Positions 49,450 through 63,361 of a stretch of 64,000 nucleotides of DNA are shown piece by piece. The notes under the pieces were generated by a model. It made no database searches, had not been told where the DNA came from, and saw only the letters and a program-made list of their open reading frames with translations. Both the position numbers and the translations under genes were made by a program. Positions within the stretch are counted from its first letter, which is position 1; the number at the start of each line of letters is the position of its first letter. The stretch comes from Anthoceros angustus (Eukaryota; Plantae; Anthocerotophyta): the NCBI GenBank assembly GCA_010909165.1, contig VJWM01000187.1, forward strand, positions 186,001 to 250,000, written 5' to 3'.

Positions 49450-49869
49450 ATGGAACTTCTAGCTTCTCAAGTCTTGTTTATAGTTTTGGTGTCTTTGTTA
49501 TACTTTGTAACAAACCCATGCCGATACATGCATCACGTCATGGATGGAAAACTCGTAGCCTTCTCCAAGATTGTAAGTGAAGTACTATCCTCAAACATTC
49601 TTTAGGTGTATCGTCTAAATTTGGGATTTGTTGGAGTTCATTGGTGGATCCGTTTACTCTTTGCAGGATCGTAAGATGGGGGTAAACTATGGCCAGCTTG
49701 AGATCATTTACCACCTCCTTGAGAGGTTGTTCGGTGGCTTGGGACATTGGACATTGGGCACGTCAAAATATTCGACTACAATTCCGCCATCATTCAAGCC
49801 TTTGCAAATTCAGTGCAACTTTCTATCATGGTGCCCAATAATGAGGTGAGGCTAGCTAGCAATGAGCAA
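49450..49869 (+). pseudogene. 3'-truncated GH17 copy fused to the LINE-like segment
   Basis: Jump at GAGCAA (49864-49869). Confidence 0.85.
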
Positions 49870-50606
49870 GGTAATCAACCAACTAATGCCAAACAAACCG
49901 AGACTAGTAAGAGCGGGCGGACAAGCCCCTATAGCCAAGTGGTGATGGTCCGAGTTTTGCAAGTCTATCAAAAGAACAACGTGTGCAGAGGGCCGAGGAG
50001 ATCGGCACAAACCCCATGGTCAACCTTAAGGAGGCTCAACGATCCTTCAAGGGAGACTTGCGGAGGTGAGGTCACATGACGACCTTCAAGGAGGACATCC
50101 AACAACTGTTGGGCATCAAACAGGCCATTGGAGGCCCAAGCCTGCGGGCAACAAATTTGAGAAATGAACGTTAAGAGAGTCTAGGAGTCCAATATCTTTG
50201 CCGACCCCTTCGGAGAACTTTGTGCAGCATAAGACAGCTTTTCAAGGTTAGGCTAGGTCGGTGTTGAAGAGAGCTAAGAGCCGAGAGCGAGAGTTGAGAG
50301 CCGAGAGCGAGAGCCGAGAGGCGAGAGGCGAGAGGTAGCCGCCTTCTCAATTCGGCACAACGGCATTTGTTTTTATGTTTGTTGTTCAATGTCCGCCGTG
50401 GTTTCCTCCGACAATTTCAAACTTATTGGTGGAAAAGATTAAACATCCAAGCTTGAGCAAATCGCACTACTATATAGGATTTTACATCTATCGAGATTAG
50501 GTTCATACATATCGAGGTTATGTCAACTCAAAAGTCTATATATGGAGGAAGGCTCCCATGGACTAAACATTATATTAAGCTAGTCATACGTAGGTCTTGA
50601 TAGAAA

Positions 50607-52313
50607 ATGGAACTTCTAGCTTCTCAAGTCTTGTTTATAGTTTTGGTGTCTTTGTTATACTTTGTAACAAACCCATGCCAAGACATGCATCACGTCATGG
50701 ATGGAAAACTCGTAGCCTTCTCCAAGATTGTAAGTGAAGTACTATCCTCAAACATTCTTTAGGTGTATCGTCTAAATTTGGGATTTGTTGAGTTCATTGG
50801 TGGATCCGTTTACTCTTTGCGGATCGTAAGATGGGGGTAAACTATGGCCAGCTTGAGATCATTTACCACCTCCTTGAGAGGTTGTTCGGTGGCTTGGGAC
50901 ATTGGACATTGGGCACGTCAAAATATTCGACTACAATTCCGCCATCATTCAAGCCTTTGCAAATTCAGTGCAACTTTCTATCATGGTGCCCAATAATGAG
51001 GTGAGGCTAGCTAGCAATGAGCAAACCAGCAGACTGGTGCAAAACAATGTGGTAGCATTTCCTTCGACCAATATTGCCATGATTTTGGTCAGAATGAAAT
51101 ACTATCCTACTCGACGCAGAGAACAAGGCATTATGGACCCAAATAGTCCCGCTATGCAAAATGTCCACAAGTAAGTTCTCATGTCTTTTGCATCACTTGA
51201 AATCATATTTTCTAGGCTGACGATAAGAATACTAATGTCTTTTGTCTCTTTGATTCATTAGTAACTCATGGCCTTGGCGATCAAATCAAAGTATCGACTT
51301 GTCAGCATTTGATGCCTTAAATGTTTCATATCCACCTTGACAAGTGTTTTTCGTGAGGACATCATAGATTCTCATCAAACCTCTATTGAGTTTTTGGACT
51401 TTACTTCCTCACCTTTTATGCTCAATGTATATCCATATTTCGCTTATGCATCGATCCCATATATCCTTAGAATATGCTACTTTTGGGAATAATGCAACAT
51501 CCGCTTCGATGGGTCATTAGTATATCATAATGTGCTTGATGCGATTAGATGCATTTTACCATGCTATGATCTCGTAGGTTTTCATCATTAATATCCAAAT
51601 ATCGTAAAGCAGGATGGCCTTGAGGTGGTGAGAACACAATCGGTGCAAACATAGAAACCGCAGCTTCATATAATCGAGGCCTGGTGCAAAAGATGATGGC
51701 ATCGAAGGCACGCCATTGAGACCTAATGAGTATATCCAAACATTCATTTTTGCTCTCTTTAATGAAGATTTAAAATCTGGAGCCGATCTGAGCAACATTT
51801 TGGAGCATTTTATCCAGATAAAAGTCCAGGTTTATGCTCTAGATTGACTGGTCAAACAACCAATTACAATGATCCACCGCTAACTCAAGTATGGTACCAT
51901 TATGGTGTAGCAAATCCAATTGCATCACTGAAGAACTTCAAAAGGTATACTCTTTGCATGCGGTTCAGAGTGATTGATTGCAAGCCCATTCAAGTAGGGG
52001 TGCTTGTTTGGATCCAAATAATGTTCAAGCCCATGCTTCATGGGCCTTGACTCATATTGGGCATTCGGGAACAATTTACGGAGCCAAGGACACATGTGAC
52101 TTTAACAAAACAGCTATACTTACTATTGATCCAAGTAAGTTCTCAATTCCTTTATGTAATCACTTATTTTATGATGCATTGAATATATTATTGAGTTTTT
52201 ATTTTATTTTATTACTAACAATATCTACAAATTATAGGCACATCAAGTTGTATCTATCCTCATCGATTGGCAATGCTCCTCTCTCGACCTCAACTTCATA
52301 TCCAGTCCTTTAG
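50607..52313 (+). pseudogene. Full-length GH17-X8 beta-1,3-glucanase copy, frameshifted as assembled
   Basis: IGHVKIFDYNSAIIQAFANSVQLSIMVPNNEV...VQNNVVAFPSTNIAMILV, then GACLDPNNVQAHASWA...TCDFNKTAILTIDPS. Confidence 0.88.
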
Positions 52314-52589
52314 ATCTATATATATCTATGATGTTTTTCTCGTGTTCATGATAACACGTACAAACTTTTAGAATTGTTGCTCATGTAACTCTTCGAGTTT
52401 GGTTGTTCTAGTTAGAGCTATTCTATTTCCTATGTTCCAACTCTTTAGGTTGGCTGTTTTAGTTGGAATAATTCTATTGATATATTTTATTCTGTTATTC
52501 TATTTACGTATCTCCAAGACCTTGCGTCCTATGTGACCGCACACCGGCGGCTTTATCTTCACCTTGATGGTGGCGGTGGTACCGCATTC

Positions 52590-53350
52590 AGATACTTTAG
52601 AAATATTGTTACAACACGATACATCTAAAACATAGAAGAGACATCGAATCGAGCATGAAAGAAATTATGGACGACGAGAAAGTCGCACTCCATACAAGTC
52701 TTTATGCCTATGATTTTGAGAATGTAGCTCATCCCTGACTAGAAAGCTATGCACCAGTCCGCCCTTGTGTGTCCACCAGGTTTGACCTGGCTGCTTCCAT
52801 GCCCTCGCTCTTTTTCTTCTCGCCTGCATCCATGCCGCAGAATCTTGCTTTTCAAGCATCACTGCTTCATGGAAAGCAAGGCGTCCCACCTCCACATTGC
52901 TCCACTTTCGACAAAGCACCCGGCAGCGTGCATATCATGCTTTCCTCTCTCGTTCTATGGACCAAGTCGAAGACTGCCTCACTCTCCCCTTGACAGCAAT
53001 AGCCTGCAATGAGAGCATTCCAGGTCACAAGGCTTTTTTCAGACAACGTATCAAACACTTGTTGTGCGTCAACAAGGCTCCCAAGCTTCCCCTACTTGTT
53101 AGTCAAATTGTCACTACAAAGTTGGTTTGCAGGCCTTGTTCTAGTATCCGAACATGTACGTGCCTTCCAAGATGATGCTACGAAGCATATGCTTGGAGAA
53201 TGTTGAGAATCGAGTACGCGCCATGCCTTCAAGCTTGTAGCATACCCTGAAAGGAAGGTCTTCATGGACCCCCGCCCTCCTCATAGGCACGGTCCAAGTC
53301 ACCACATCTTTTGACCAAGTCCATCAAAACCGCCTCCGCACCCAAGCTGC
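52590..53350 (-). pseudogene. PLS-class PPR (E/E+) fragment, representative array copy (others at ~37915-38750, 45405-46530, 56820-57550, 61610-62365 plus partial copies)
   Basis: VFDTLSEKSLVTWNALIAGYCCQGESEAVFDLVHR (S/P motif), SNVEVGRLAF (E) and GGLVHSFLV.DELHSQ (E+). Confidence 0.8.
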
Positions 53351-53354
53351 CCGG

Positions 53355-54005
53355 CCTCCCTTGTGTGGTCTTGGCTCGAGATTACCCGTTGATAAAACTT
53401 AAAGTCGTGCCCAAACTTTCTGCCAATGTATAGTGATAAGGACACGGTCCTCAAATGTCGTGAGCATCTTGGTGAGTTTGAAGGATAAGTTGCACATGAG
53501 TTTGGAGGATAAGCACTGGACACTCATCTCAGCTCTAAAATCTCCATAGAAAACAGCGCACAAAACTATCCACGGAGCTTGTCACCGACGGCTAGGAAAT
53601 AGGCGACCGAGCAAGGTAATCAACCAACTAATGCCAAACAAACCGAGACTAGTAAGAGCGGGCGGACAAGCCCCTATAGCCAAGTGGTGATGGTCCGAGT
53701 TTTGCAAGTCTATCAAAAGAACAACGCGTGCAGAGGGCCGAGGAGATCGGCAAACCCCATGGTCAACCTTAAGGAGGCTCAACGATCCTTCAAGGAGACT
53801 TGGAGGTGAGGTCACATGACGACCTTCAAGGAGGACATCCAACAAGCTGTTGGGCATCAAAAGCGAGCCATCGGAGGCCCAAGCACGGGCAACAAATTTG
53901 AGAAATGAACGTTAAGAGAGTCTAGGAGTCCAATATCTTTGCCGACTCTTCGAGAACTTTGAAAGAGCAAGAGCTTTCAAGGTTAGGCTAGGTCGTGTTG
54001 AAGAG
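53355..54005 (-). mobile_element. LINE-like (RTEX-type, post-RT region) fragment, representative copy present in every unit
   Basis: Degenerate frames KASY...KDIGLLDSL..HFSNLL...SDGC, LH.S.LK, GPLHTLF, FDRLAKLG, VLYHY...FYQRVI loosely follow the LF..LV.P.LSYGCE / LH..FL..LLG / E.G..PL / FW.RL pattern. Recognised by eye only. Confidence 0.45.
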
Positions 54006-54090
54006 AGCTAAGAGTGAGCCGAGAGTCGAGAGCCGAGAGCCGAGAGTCGAGAGTCGAGAGTCGAGAGTCGAGAGCCGAGAGTCGAGAGGT
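54001..54090. repeat. GA-rich heptamer microsatellite (GAGAGCC/GAGAGTC)n, one per array unit, of variable length
   Basis: Also at ~39400, 40360, 43080, 47200, 48155, 49100, 50275, 58210, 59255 and 63025. Confidence 0.9.
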
Positions 54091-54364
54091 AGCCTCGCCT
54101 TCTCAATTCGCACAACGGCATTTGTTTTTATGTTTGTTGTTCAATGTCCGCCGTGGTTTCCTCGACAATTTCAAACTTATTGGTGGAAAAGATTAAACAT
54201 CCAAGCTTGAGCAAATCGCACTACTATATAGGATTTTACATCTATCGAGATTAGGTTCATACATATCGAGGTTATGTCAACTCAAAAGTCTATATATGGA
54301 GGAAGGCTCCATGGACTAAACATTATATTAAGCTAGTCATACGTGCATTCGGTCTTGATAGAAA

Positions 54365-56543
54365 ATGGAACTTCTAGCTTCTCAAGTCTTGTTTATAGTT
54401 TTGGTGTCTTTTGTTATACTTTGTAACAAACCCATGCCAAGACATGCATCACGTCATGGATGGAAAACTCGTAGCCTTCTCAAGATTGTAAGTGAAGTAC
54501 TATCCTCAAACATTCTTTAGGTGTATCGTCTAAATTTGGGATTTGTTGGAGTTCATTGGTGGATCCGTTTACTCTTTGCGCTGGATCGTAAGATGGGGGT
54601 AAACTATGGCCAGCTTGAGATCATTTACCACCTCCTTGAGAGGTTGTTCGTTGGGACATTGGACATTGGGCACGCTAAAATATTCGACTACACCCGCCAT
54701 CATTCAAGCCTTTGCAAATTCAATTTGTGCAACTTTCTATCATGGTGCCCAATAATGAGGTGACAGGCTAGCTAGCAATGAGCAAAGCTGCAGGAGATCG
54801 GTGCAAAATAATGTGGTAGCATTTCCTTCACCAATATTGCCATGATTTTGGTCGGTAATGAAATACTATCCTACTCGACGCAGAGAACAAGGCATTATGG
54901 ACCCAAATAGTCCCCGCTATGCAAAATGTCCACAAGTAAGTTCTCATGTCTTTTGCATCACTTGAAATCATATTTTTCTAGACGACGATAAGAATACTAA
55001 TATCTTTTGTCTCTTTGACAGTTCATTAGTAACTCATGGCCTTGGCGATCAAATCAAAGTATCGACTTGTCTAGCATTTGATGCCTTAAATGTTTCATAT
55101 CCACCTTCGCAAGTGTTTTTCGTGAGGACATCATAGATTCCGCCATCATTCAAGCCTTTGCAAATTCAGCAACTTTCATCATGGTGCCCAATAATGAGGA
55201 GGTGTGGCTAGCTAGCAATGAGCAAACTCAGAGACTGGGTGCAAAATAATGTGGTAGCATTTCCTTCACCAATATTGCCATGATTTTGGTCGGTAATGAA
55301 ATACTATCCTACTCGACGCAGAGAACAAGGCATTATGGACCCAAATAGTCCCCGCTTATGCAAAATGTCCACAAGTAAGTTCTCATGTCTTTTGCATCAC
55401 TTGAAATCATATTTTTCTAGACGACGATAAGAATACTAATGTCTTTTGTCTCTTTGATGCTCATTAGTAACTCATGGCCTTGGCGATCAAATCAAAGTAT
55501 CGACTTGTCTAGCATTTGATGCCTTAAATGTTTCATATCCACCTTCGCAAGTGTTTTTCGTGAGGACATCATAGATTCCGTCATCAAACCTCTATTGAGT
55601 TTTTGGACTTTACTTCCTCACCTTTTATGCTCAATGTATATCCATATTTCGCTTATGCATCGATCCCACGATATATCCTTAGAATATGCTACTTTTGGGA
55701 ATAATGCAACATCCGTCGATGGGTCATTAGTATATCATAATGTGCTTGATGCGCAGCTTAGATGCATTTACCATGCTATGATCTCGTAGGTTTTCATCCG
55801 TTAATATCCAAATATCGAAGCAGGATGGCCTTCGTGGAGGTGGTGAGAACACAATCGGTGCAAACATAGAAACCGCAGCCTTCATATAATCGAGGCCTGG
55901 TGCAAAAGATGATGGCATCGGAAGGCACGCCATTGAGACCTAATGAGTATATCCAAACATTCATTTTGCTCTCTTTAATGAAGATTTAAAATCTGGAGCC
56001 GATCTGAGCAACATTTTGGAGCATTTTATCCAGATAAAAGTCCGGTTTATGCTCTAGATTGAATTGGTCAAACAACCAATTACAATGATCCACCCGCTAA
56101 CTCAAGTATGGTACCATTATGGTGTGTAGCAAATCCAATCGCATCACGAAGAACTTCAAAAGGTATACTCTTTGCATGCGGTTCAGAGTGATTGATTGCA
56201 AGCCCATTCAAGTAGGGGTGCTTGTTTGGATCCAAATAATGTTCAAGCCCATGCTTCATGGGCCTTCGACTCATATTGGGCATTCTGGGAACAATTTACG
56301 GAGCCAAGGACACATGTGACTTTAACAAAACAGCTATACTTACAGCTATTGATCCAAGTAAGTTCTCAATTCCTTTATGTAATCACTTATTTTATGATGC
56401 ATTGAATATATTATTGAGTTTTTATTTTTATTTTTATTACTAACAATATCTACAAATTATAGGCACATCAAGTTGTATCTATCCTCATCCGATTGGCAAT
56501 GCTCCTCTCACTACGACCTCAACTTCATATCCAGTCCTTTAGA
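54365..56543 (+). pseudogene. GH17-X8 copy with ~440-bp internal duplication (jump at ~55140)
   Basis: The segment from ATTCCGCCATCA to GACATCATAGATTCCG is repeated. Confidence 0.85.
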
Positions 56544-59500
56544 TCTATATATATCTATGATGTTTTTCTCGTGTTCATGATAACACGTACAAACTTTTAG
56601 AATTGTTGCTCATGTAACTCTTGAGTTTGGTTGTTCTAGTTAGAGCTATTCTATTTCCTATGTTCCAACTCTTTAGGTTGGCTGTTTTAGTTGGAATAAT
56701 TCTATTGATATATTTTATTCTGTTATTCTATTTACGTATCTCCAAGACCTTGCGTCCTATGTGACCGCACACCTGCGGCTTTATCTTCACCGCTTGATGG
56801 TGGCGGTGGTACCGCATTCGCAGACTTTTAGAAATATTGTTACAACACAGCATACATCTAAAACATAGAAGAGACATCGAATCGAGCTGCATGAAAGAAA
56901 TTATGGACGACGAGAAAGTCGCACTCCATACAAGTCTTTATGCCTATGATTTTGAGAATGTAGCTCATCCACGACTAGAAAGCTATGCACCACCGCCTTG
57001 TGTGTCCACCAGTTTGACTACGCCATGCCCTCGCTCTTTTTCTTCTCGCCCGCATCCATGCCGCAAAATCTTTCTTTTCAAGCATCAATGCTTCATGGAA
57101 AGCAAGGCGTCCCACCTCCACATTGCTCCACTTCGACAAAGCACCGGCGTGCACATCATGCTTTCTCTCTCATTCTATGGACCAAGTCGAAGGCGCCTCA
57201 CTCTCCCTTGGCGAATAGCCTGCAATGAGAGCGTTCAGTCACAAGGCTTTTTCGGACAACGTATCAAACACTTGTTGCGTCAACAAGGCTCCCAAGCTTC
57301 CCTACTTGTTAGTCAAATTGTCTAAAGGTTGGTTTGCGGCCTTGTTCTAGTATCCGAACATGTACGTGCCTTCCAAGATGCGACGAGGCTTATGCATAAG
57401 GTGTTGGAGAATGTTGAGGAATCCACGCCATGCCTTCAAGCTTGTAGCATACCCCTGTTGAAGGTCTTCATGCGGACCCCTGCCTCCTCATAGGCACGGG
57501 TCCAAGTCACCACATCTTTTGACCAAGTCCATCAAAAGCTCTCCCCCGCAAGCTCGGCCTCCCTTGTGTGTGGTCTTGACTCGAGATTACCCGCTGATAA
57601 AACTTAAAGTCGTGCCCAAACTTTCCCGCCAATGTATAGTGATAAAGGACACGGTCCTCAAATGTCGTGGAACGCATGGTGAGTTTGAAGGATAAGTTGC
57701 ACATGAGTTTGGAGGATAAGCATTTGGACACTCATCTCAGCTCTAAAATCTCCATAGAAAAAAGACAAAACTATCCCGGAGCTTGTCACCGACGCTTAGG
57801 AAATAGTCGACTGAAAAGGTAATCAACCAACTAATGCCAAACAAACCGAGACTAGTAAGAGCGGGCGGACAAGCCCCTATAGCCAAGTGGTGATGGTCCG
57901 AGTTTTGCAAGTCTATCAAAAGAACAACGTGTGCAGAGGGCCGAGGAGATCAAAAGACAAACCCCATGGTCAACCTTAAGGAGGCTCAACGATCCTTCAA
58001 GGGAGACTTGGAGGTGAGGTCACATGACGACCTTCAAGGAGGACATCCAACAACTGTTGGGCATCAAAAGCCATCGAGGCCCAAGCTGCGGGCAACAAAT
58101 TTGAGAAATGAGCGTTAAGAGAGTCTAGGAGTCCAATATCTTTGCCGACCCCTTGAGAACTTTGTGCAGCATAAGGCGGTTTTCAAGGTTAGGCTAGGTC
58201 GTGTTGAAGAGAGTGAGAGCCGAGAGTCAGAGCCGAGAGTGAGAGTTGAGATTGGTGGTGAGAGCCGAGAGCCGAGCGAGAGGTAGCCTGCCTTCTCAAT
58301 TCGACAACAAAACACTTGTTGTCGTCAACAAGGCTCCCAAGCTTCCCTACTTGTTAGTCAAATTGTCACCATACACAGGTTGGTTTGCGTGCCTTGTTCT
58401 AGTATCCGAACATGTACGTGCCTTCCAAGATGCAGGCTACGTTTGCATATATGCTTGGAGAATGTTGAGGAATCGCCATGCCTTCAAGCTTGTAGCATAC
58501 CCCTGAAAGGAAGGTCTTCATGCGGACCCCGCCTCCTCATAGGCACGGGTCCAAGTCACCACATCTTTTGACCAAGTCCATCAAAACTGCTCCGCACCCC
58601 GCAAGCCTGGCCTCCCTTGTGTGTGGTCTTGATCGAGATTACCCGCTGATAAAACTTAAAGTCGTGCCCAAACTTTCACCCGCCAATGTATAGTGATAAA
58701 GGACACGGTCCTCAAATGTCGTGAACGCATGGTGAGTTTGAAGGATAAGTTGCACATGAGTTTGGAGGATAAGCTGGACACTCATCTCGTGCTCTAAAAT
58801 CTCCATAGAAAACAGGCAAAACTATCCCGGAGCTTGTCACCGACGCTAGAAATAGCCAGAAAAGGTAATCAACCAACTAATGCCAAACAAACCGAGACTA
58901 GTAAGAGCGGGCGGACAAGCCCCTATAGCCAAGTGGTGATGGTCCGAGTTTTGCAAGTCTATCAAAAGAACAACGTGTGCAGAGGGCCGAGGAGATCAAA
59001 AGACAAACCCCATGGTCAACCTTAAGGAGGCTCAACGATCCTTCAAGGGAGACTTGGAGGTGAGGTCACATGACGACCTTCAAGGAGGACATCCAACAAC
59101 TGTTGGGCATCAAAAGCCATCGGAGGCCCAAGCTGCGGGCAACAAATTTGAGAAATGAGCGTTAAGAGAGTCTAGGAGTCCAATATCTTTGCCGACCCCT
59201 TGAGAACTTTGTGCAGCATAAGGCGGTTTTCAAGGTTAGGCTAGGTCGTGTTGAAGAGAGTGAGAGCCGAGAGTCAGAGCCGAGAGTGAGAGTTGAGATT
59301 GGTGGTGAGAGCCGAGAGCCGAGCGAGAGGTAGCCTGCCTTCTCAATTCGACAACCATTTGTTTTTATGTTTGTTGTTCAATGTCCGCCGTGGTTTCCTC
59401 CGACAATTTCAAACTTATTGGTGGAAAAGATTAAACATCCAAGCTTGAGCAAATCGCACTACTATATAGGATTTTACATCTATCGAGATTAGGTTCATAC

Positions 59501-59603
59501 ATATCGAGGTTATGTCAACTCAAAAGTCTATATATGGAGGAAGGCTCCCATGGACTAAACATTATATTAAGCTAGTCATACTGCATCTGGGTCTTGATAG
59601 AAA

Positions 59604-61335
59604 ATGGAACTTCTAGCTTCTCAAGTCTTGTTTATAGTTTTGGTGTCTTTTGTTATACTTTGTAACAAACCCATGCCAAGACATGCATCACGTCATGGAT
59701 GGAAAACTCGTAGCCTTCTCCAAGATTGTAAGTGAAGTACTATCCTCAAACATTCTTTAGGTGTATCGTCTAAATTTGGGATTTGTTGAGTTCATTGGTG
59801 GATCCGCTTTACTCTTTGCAAAATGGATCGTAAGATGGGGTAAACTATGGCCAGCTTGAGATCATTTACCACCTCCTTCGAGAGGTTGTTCAAAAGGGCT
59901 TGGGACATTGGACATTGGGCACGCTAAAATATTCGACTACAATTCCGCCATCATTCAAGCCTTTGCAAAATAGCAACTTTCTATCATGGTGCCCAATAAT
60001 GAGGTGACAGGCTAGCTAGCAATGAGCAAATCACAGAGACGGGTGCAAAACAATGTAGCATTTCCTTCACCAATATTGCCATGATTTTGGTCGGTAATGA
60101 AATACTATCCTACTCGACGCAGAGAACAAGGCATTATGGACCCAAATAGTCCCCGCTATGCAAAATGTCCACAAGTAAGTTCTCATGTCTTTGCATCACT
60201 TGAAATCATATTTTCTAGGCACGATAAGAATACTAATGTCTTTTGTCTCTTTGATACTCATTAGTAACTCTTGGCGATCAAATCAAAGTATCGACTTGTT
60301 CAGCATTTGATGCCTTAAATGTTTCATATCCACCTTCGAAGTGTTTTTCGTGAGGACATCATAGATTCTCCATCAAACCTCTATTGAGTTTTTGGACTTT
60401 ACTTCCTCACCTTTTATGCTCAATGTATATCCATATTTCGCTTATGCATCGATCCCACGCATATATCCTTAGAATATGCTACTTTTGGGAATAATGCAAC
60501 ATCTCGCTTCGATGGGTCATTAGTATATCATAATGTGCTTGATGCAGTTAGATGCATTTTACCATGCTATGATCTCGTAGGTTTTCATCCATTAATATCC
60601 AAATATCGTAAAGGATGGCCTTCGGAGGTGGTGAGAACACAATCGGTGCAAACATAGAACCGCAGCTTCATATAATCGAGGCTGGTGCAAAAGATGATGG
60701 CATCGGAAGGCACGCCATTGAGACCTAATGAGTATATCCAAACATTCATTTTTGCTCTCTTTAATGAAGATTTAAAATCTGGAGCCGACTGACAGAGCAA
60801 CATTTTGGAGCATTTTATCGGATAAAAGTCCAGTTTATGCTCTAGATTGAATTTGGTCAAACAACCAATTACAATGATCCACCCGCTAACTCAAGTATGG
60901 TACCATTATGGTGTGTAGCAAATCCAAGCGCATCACCAAGAACTTCAAAAGGTATACTCTTTGCATGCGGTTCGGGGAGTGATTGATTGCAAGCCCATTC
61001 AAGTAGGGGGTGCTTGTTTGGATCCAAATAATGTTCAAGCCCATGCTTCATGGGCCTTCGACTCATATTGGGCATTCGGGAACAATTTACGGAGCCAAGG
61101 ACACATGTGACTTTAATAAAAGCATTATACTTACAATATTGATCCAAGTAAGTTCTCAATTCCTTTATGTAATCACTTATTTTTATGATGCATTGAATAT
61201 ATTATTGAGTTTTTATTTTTATTTTTATTACTAACAATATCTACAAATTATAGGCACATCAAGTTGTATCTATCCTCATCCGATTGGCAATGCTCCTCTC
61301 ACTACGACCTCAACTTCATATCCAGTCCTTTAGAT
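59604..61335 (+). pseudogene. Full-length GH17-X8 beta-1,3-glucanase copy, frameshifted as assembled
   Basis: Same exon/intron structure and motifs as the other copies. Confidence 0.87.
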
Positions 61336-63361
61336 CTATATATATCTATGATGTTTTTCTCGTGTTCATGATAACACGTACAAACTTTTAGAATTGTTGC
61401 TCATGTAACTCTTCGAGTTTGGTTGTTCTAGTTAGAGCTATTCTATTTCCTATGTTCCAACTCTTTAGGTTGGCTGTTTTAGTTGGAATAATTCTATTGA
61501 TATATTTTATTCTGTTATTCTATTTACGTATCTCAAGACCTTGCGTCCTATGTGACCGCACACCGGCGGCTTTATCTTCACCGCTTGATGGTGGCGGTGG
61601 TACCGCATTCGCAGATACTTTAGAAATATTGTTACAACACGACATACATCTAAAACATAGAAGAGACATCGAATCGAGTCGCATGAAAGAAATTATGGAC
61701 GACGAGAAAGTCGTGACTCCATACAAGTCTTTATGCCTATGATTTTGAGAATGTAGCTCATCCCCGACTAGAAAGCTATGCACCTCCTTGTGTGTCCACC
61801 AGGTTTGACCTGGCGCTTCCATGCCCTCGCTCTTTCTTTTCCTGCATCCATGCCGCAAAATCTTTCTTTTCAAGCATCTTTGCTTCATGGAAAGCAAGGC
61901 GTCCCACCTCCACATTGCTCCACTTTCGACAAAGCACCCGGCCGTGCACATCATGCTTTCCTCTCTCATTCTATGGACCAAGTCAAGATCGCCTCACTCT
62001 CCCTTGGCTGAATAGCACGCAATGAGAGCGTTCAGTCACAAGGCTTTTTTCGATAACGTATCAAACACTTGTTGTCGTCAACAAGGCTCCCAAGCTTCCC
62101 TACTTGTTAGTCAAATTGTCACAGCAAAGTTGGTTTGCAGGCCTTGTTCTAGTATCCGAACATGTACGTGCCTTCCAAGATGCAGAGCGCTACGCTTTGC
62201 GCATATATGCTTGGAGAATGTTGAGGAATCGTGCACCGCCATGCCTTCAAACTTGTAGCATACCGCTGAAAGGAAGGTCTTCATGCGACCCCTGCCTCCT
62301 CATAGGCACGGGTCAAATCACCACATCTTTTGACCAAGTCCATCAAAAGCGTCTCCGCACCCAAGCTGCCCGGCCTCCTTGTGTGTGGTCTTGCCCGAGA
62401 TTACCCGCTGATAAAACTTAAAGTCGTGCCCAAACTTTCCCGCCAATGTATAGTGATAAAGGACACGGTCCTCAAATGTCGTGAACGCATGTGGTGAGTT
62501 TGAAGGATAAGTTGCACATGAGTTTGGAGGATAAGCAATGGACACTCATCTCAGCTCTAAAATCTCCATAGAAAAACAGCAGTAACAAAACTATCTGGAG
62601 CTTGTCACCGACGGCTAGGAAATAGGCACTGAAAGGTAATCAACCAACTAATGCCAAACAAACCGAGACTAGTAAGAGCGGACAAGCCCCTATAGCCAAG
62701 TGGTGATGGTCCGAGTTTTGCAAGTCTATCAAAAGAACAACGTGTGCAGAGGGCCGAGGAGATCGACAAACCCCATGGTCAACCTTAAGGAGGCTCAACG
62801 ATCCTTCAAGGGAGACTTATGGAGGTGAGGTCACATGACGACCTTCAAGGAGGACATCCAACAAGCGTGGGCATCAAACAGGCCATTGGAGGCCCAAACT
62901 CAAGGGCAACAAATTTGAAAATGAACGTTAAGAGAGTCTAGGAGTCCAATATCTTTGCCGACTTCTTGAGAACTTTGTGCACATAAGATGGGGTTTTCAA
63001 GGTTAGGCTAGGTCGGTGTTGAAGAGAGCTAAGAGTGAGTGAGAGTTGAGAGCCGAGAGCCGAGAGCCGAGAGCGAGAGCGAGAGGTAGCCCGCCTTCTC
63101 AATTTCGACAACGGCATTTGTTTTTATGTTTGTTGTTCAATGTCCGCCGTGGTTTCCTCGACAATTTCAAACTTATTGGTGGAAAAGATTAAACATCCAA
63201 GCTTGAGCAAATCGCACTACTATATAGGATTTTACATCTATCGAGATTAGGTTCATACATATCGAGGTTATATCAACTCAAAAGTCTATATATGGAGGAA
63301 GGCTCCATGGACTAAACATTATATTAAGCTAGTCATACCGTGCATTCGGTCTTGATAGAAA

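Noticed and set aside
49747-50079. Novel GH17 fusion protein ORF
   Set aside because: Created by the GAGCAA microhomology jump into the antisense strand of the LINE-like segment. It lacks the catalytic residues and may be an artefact.
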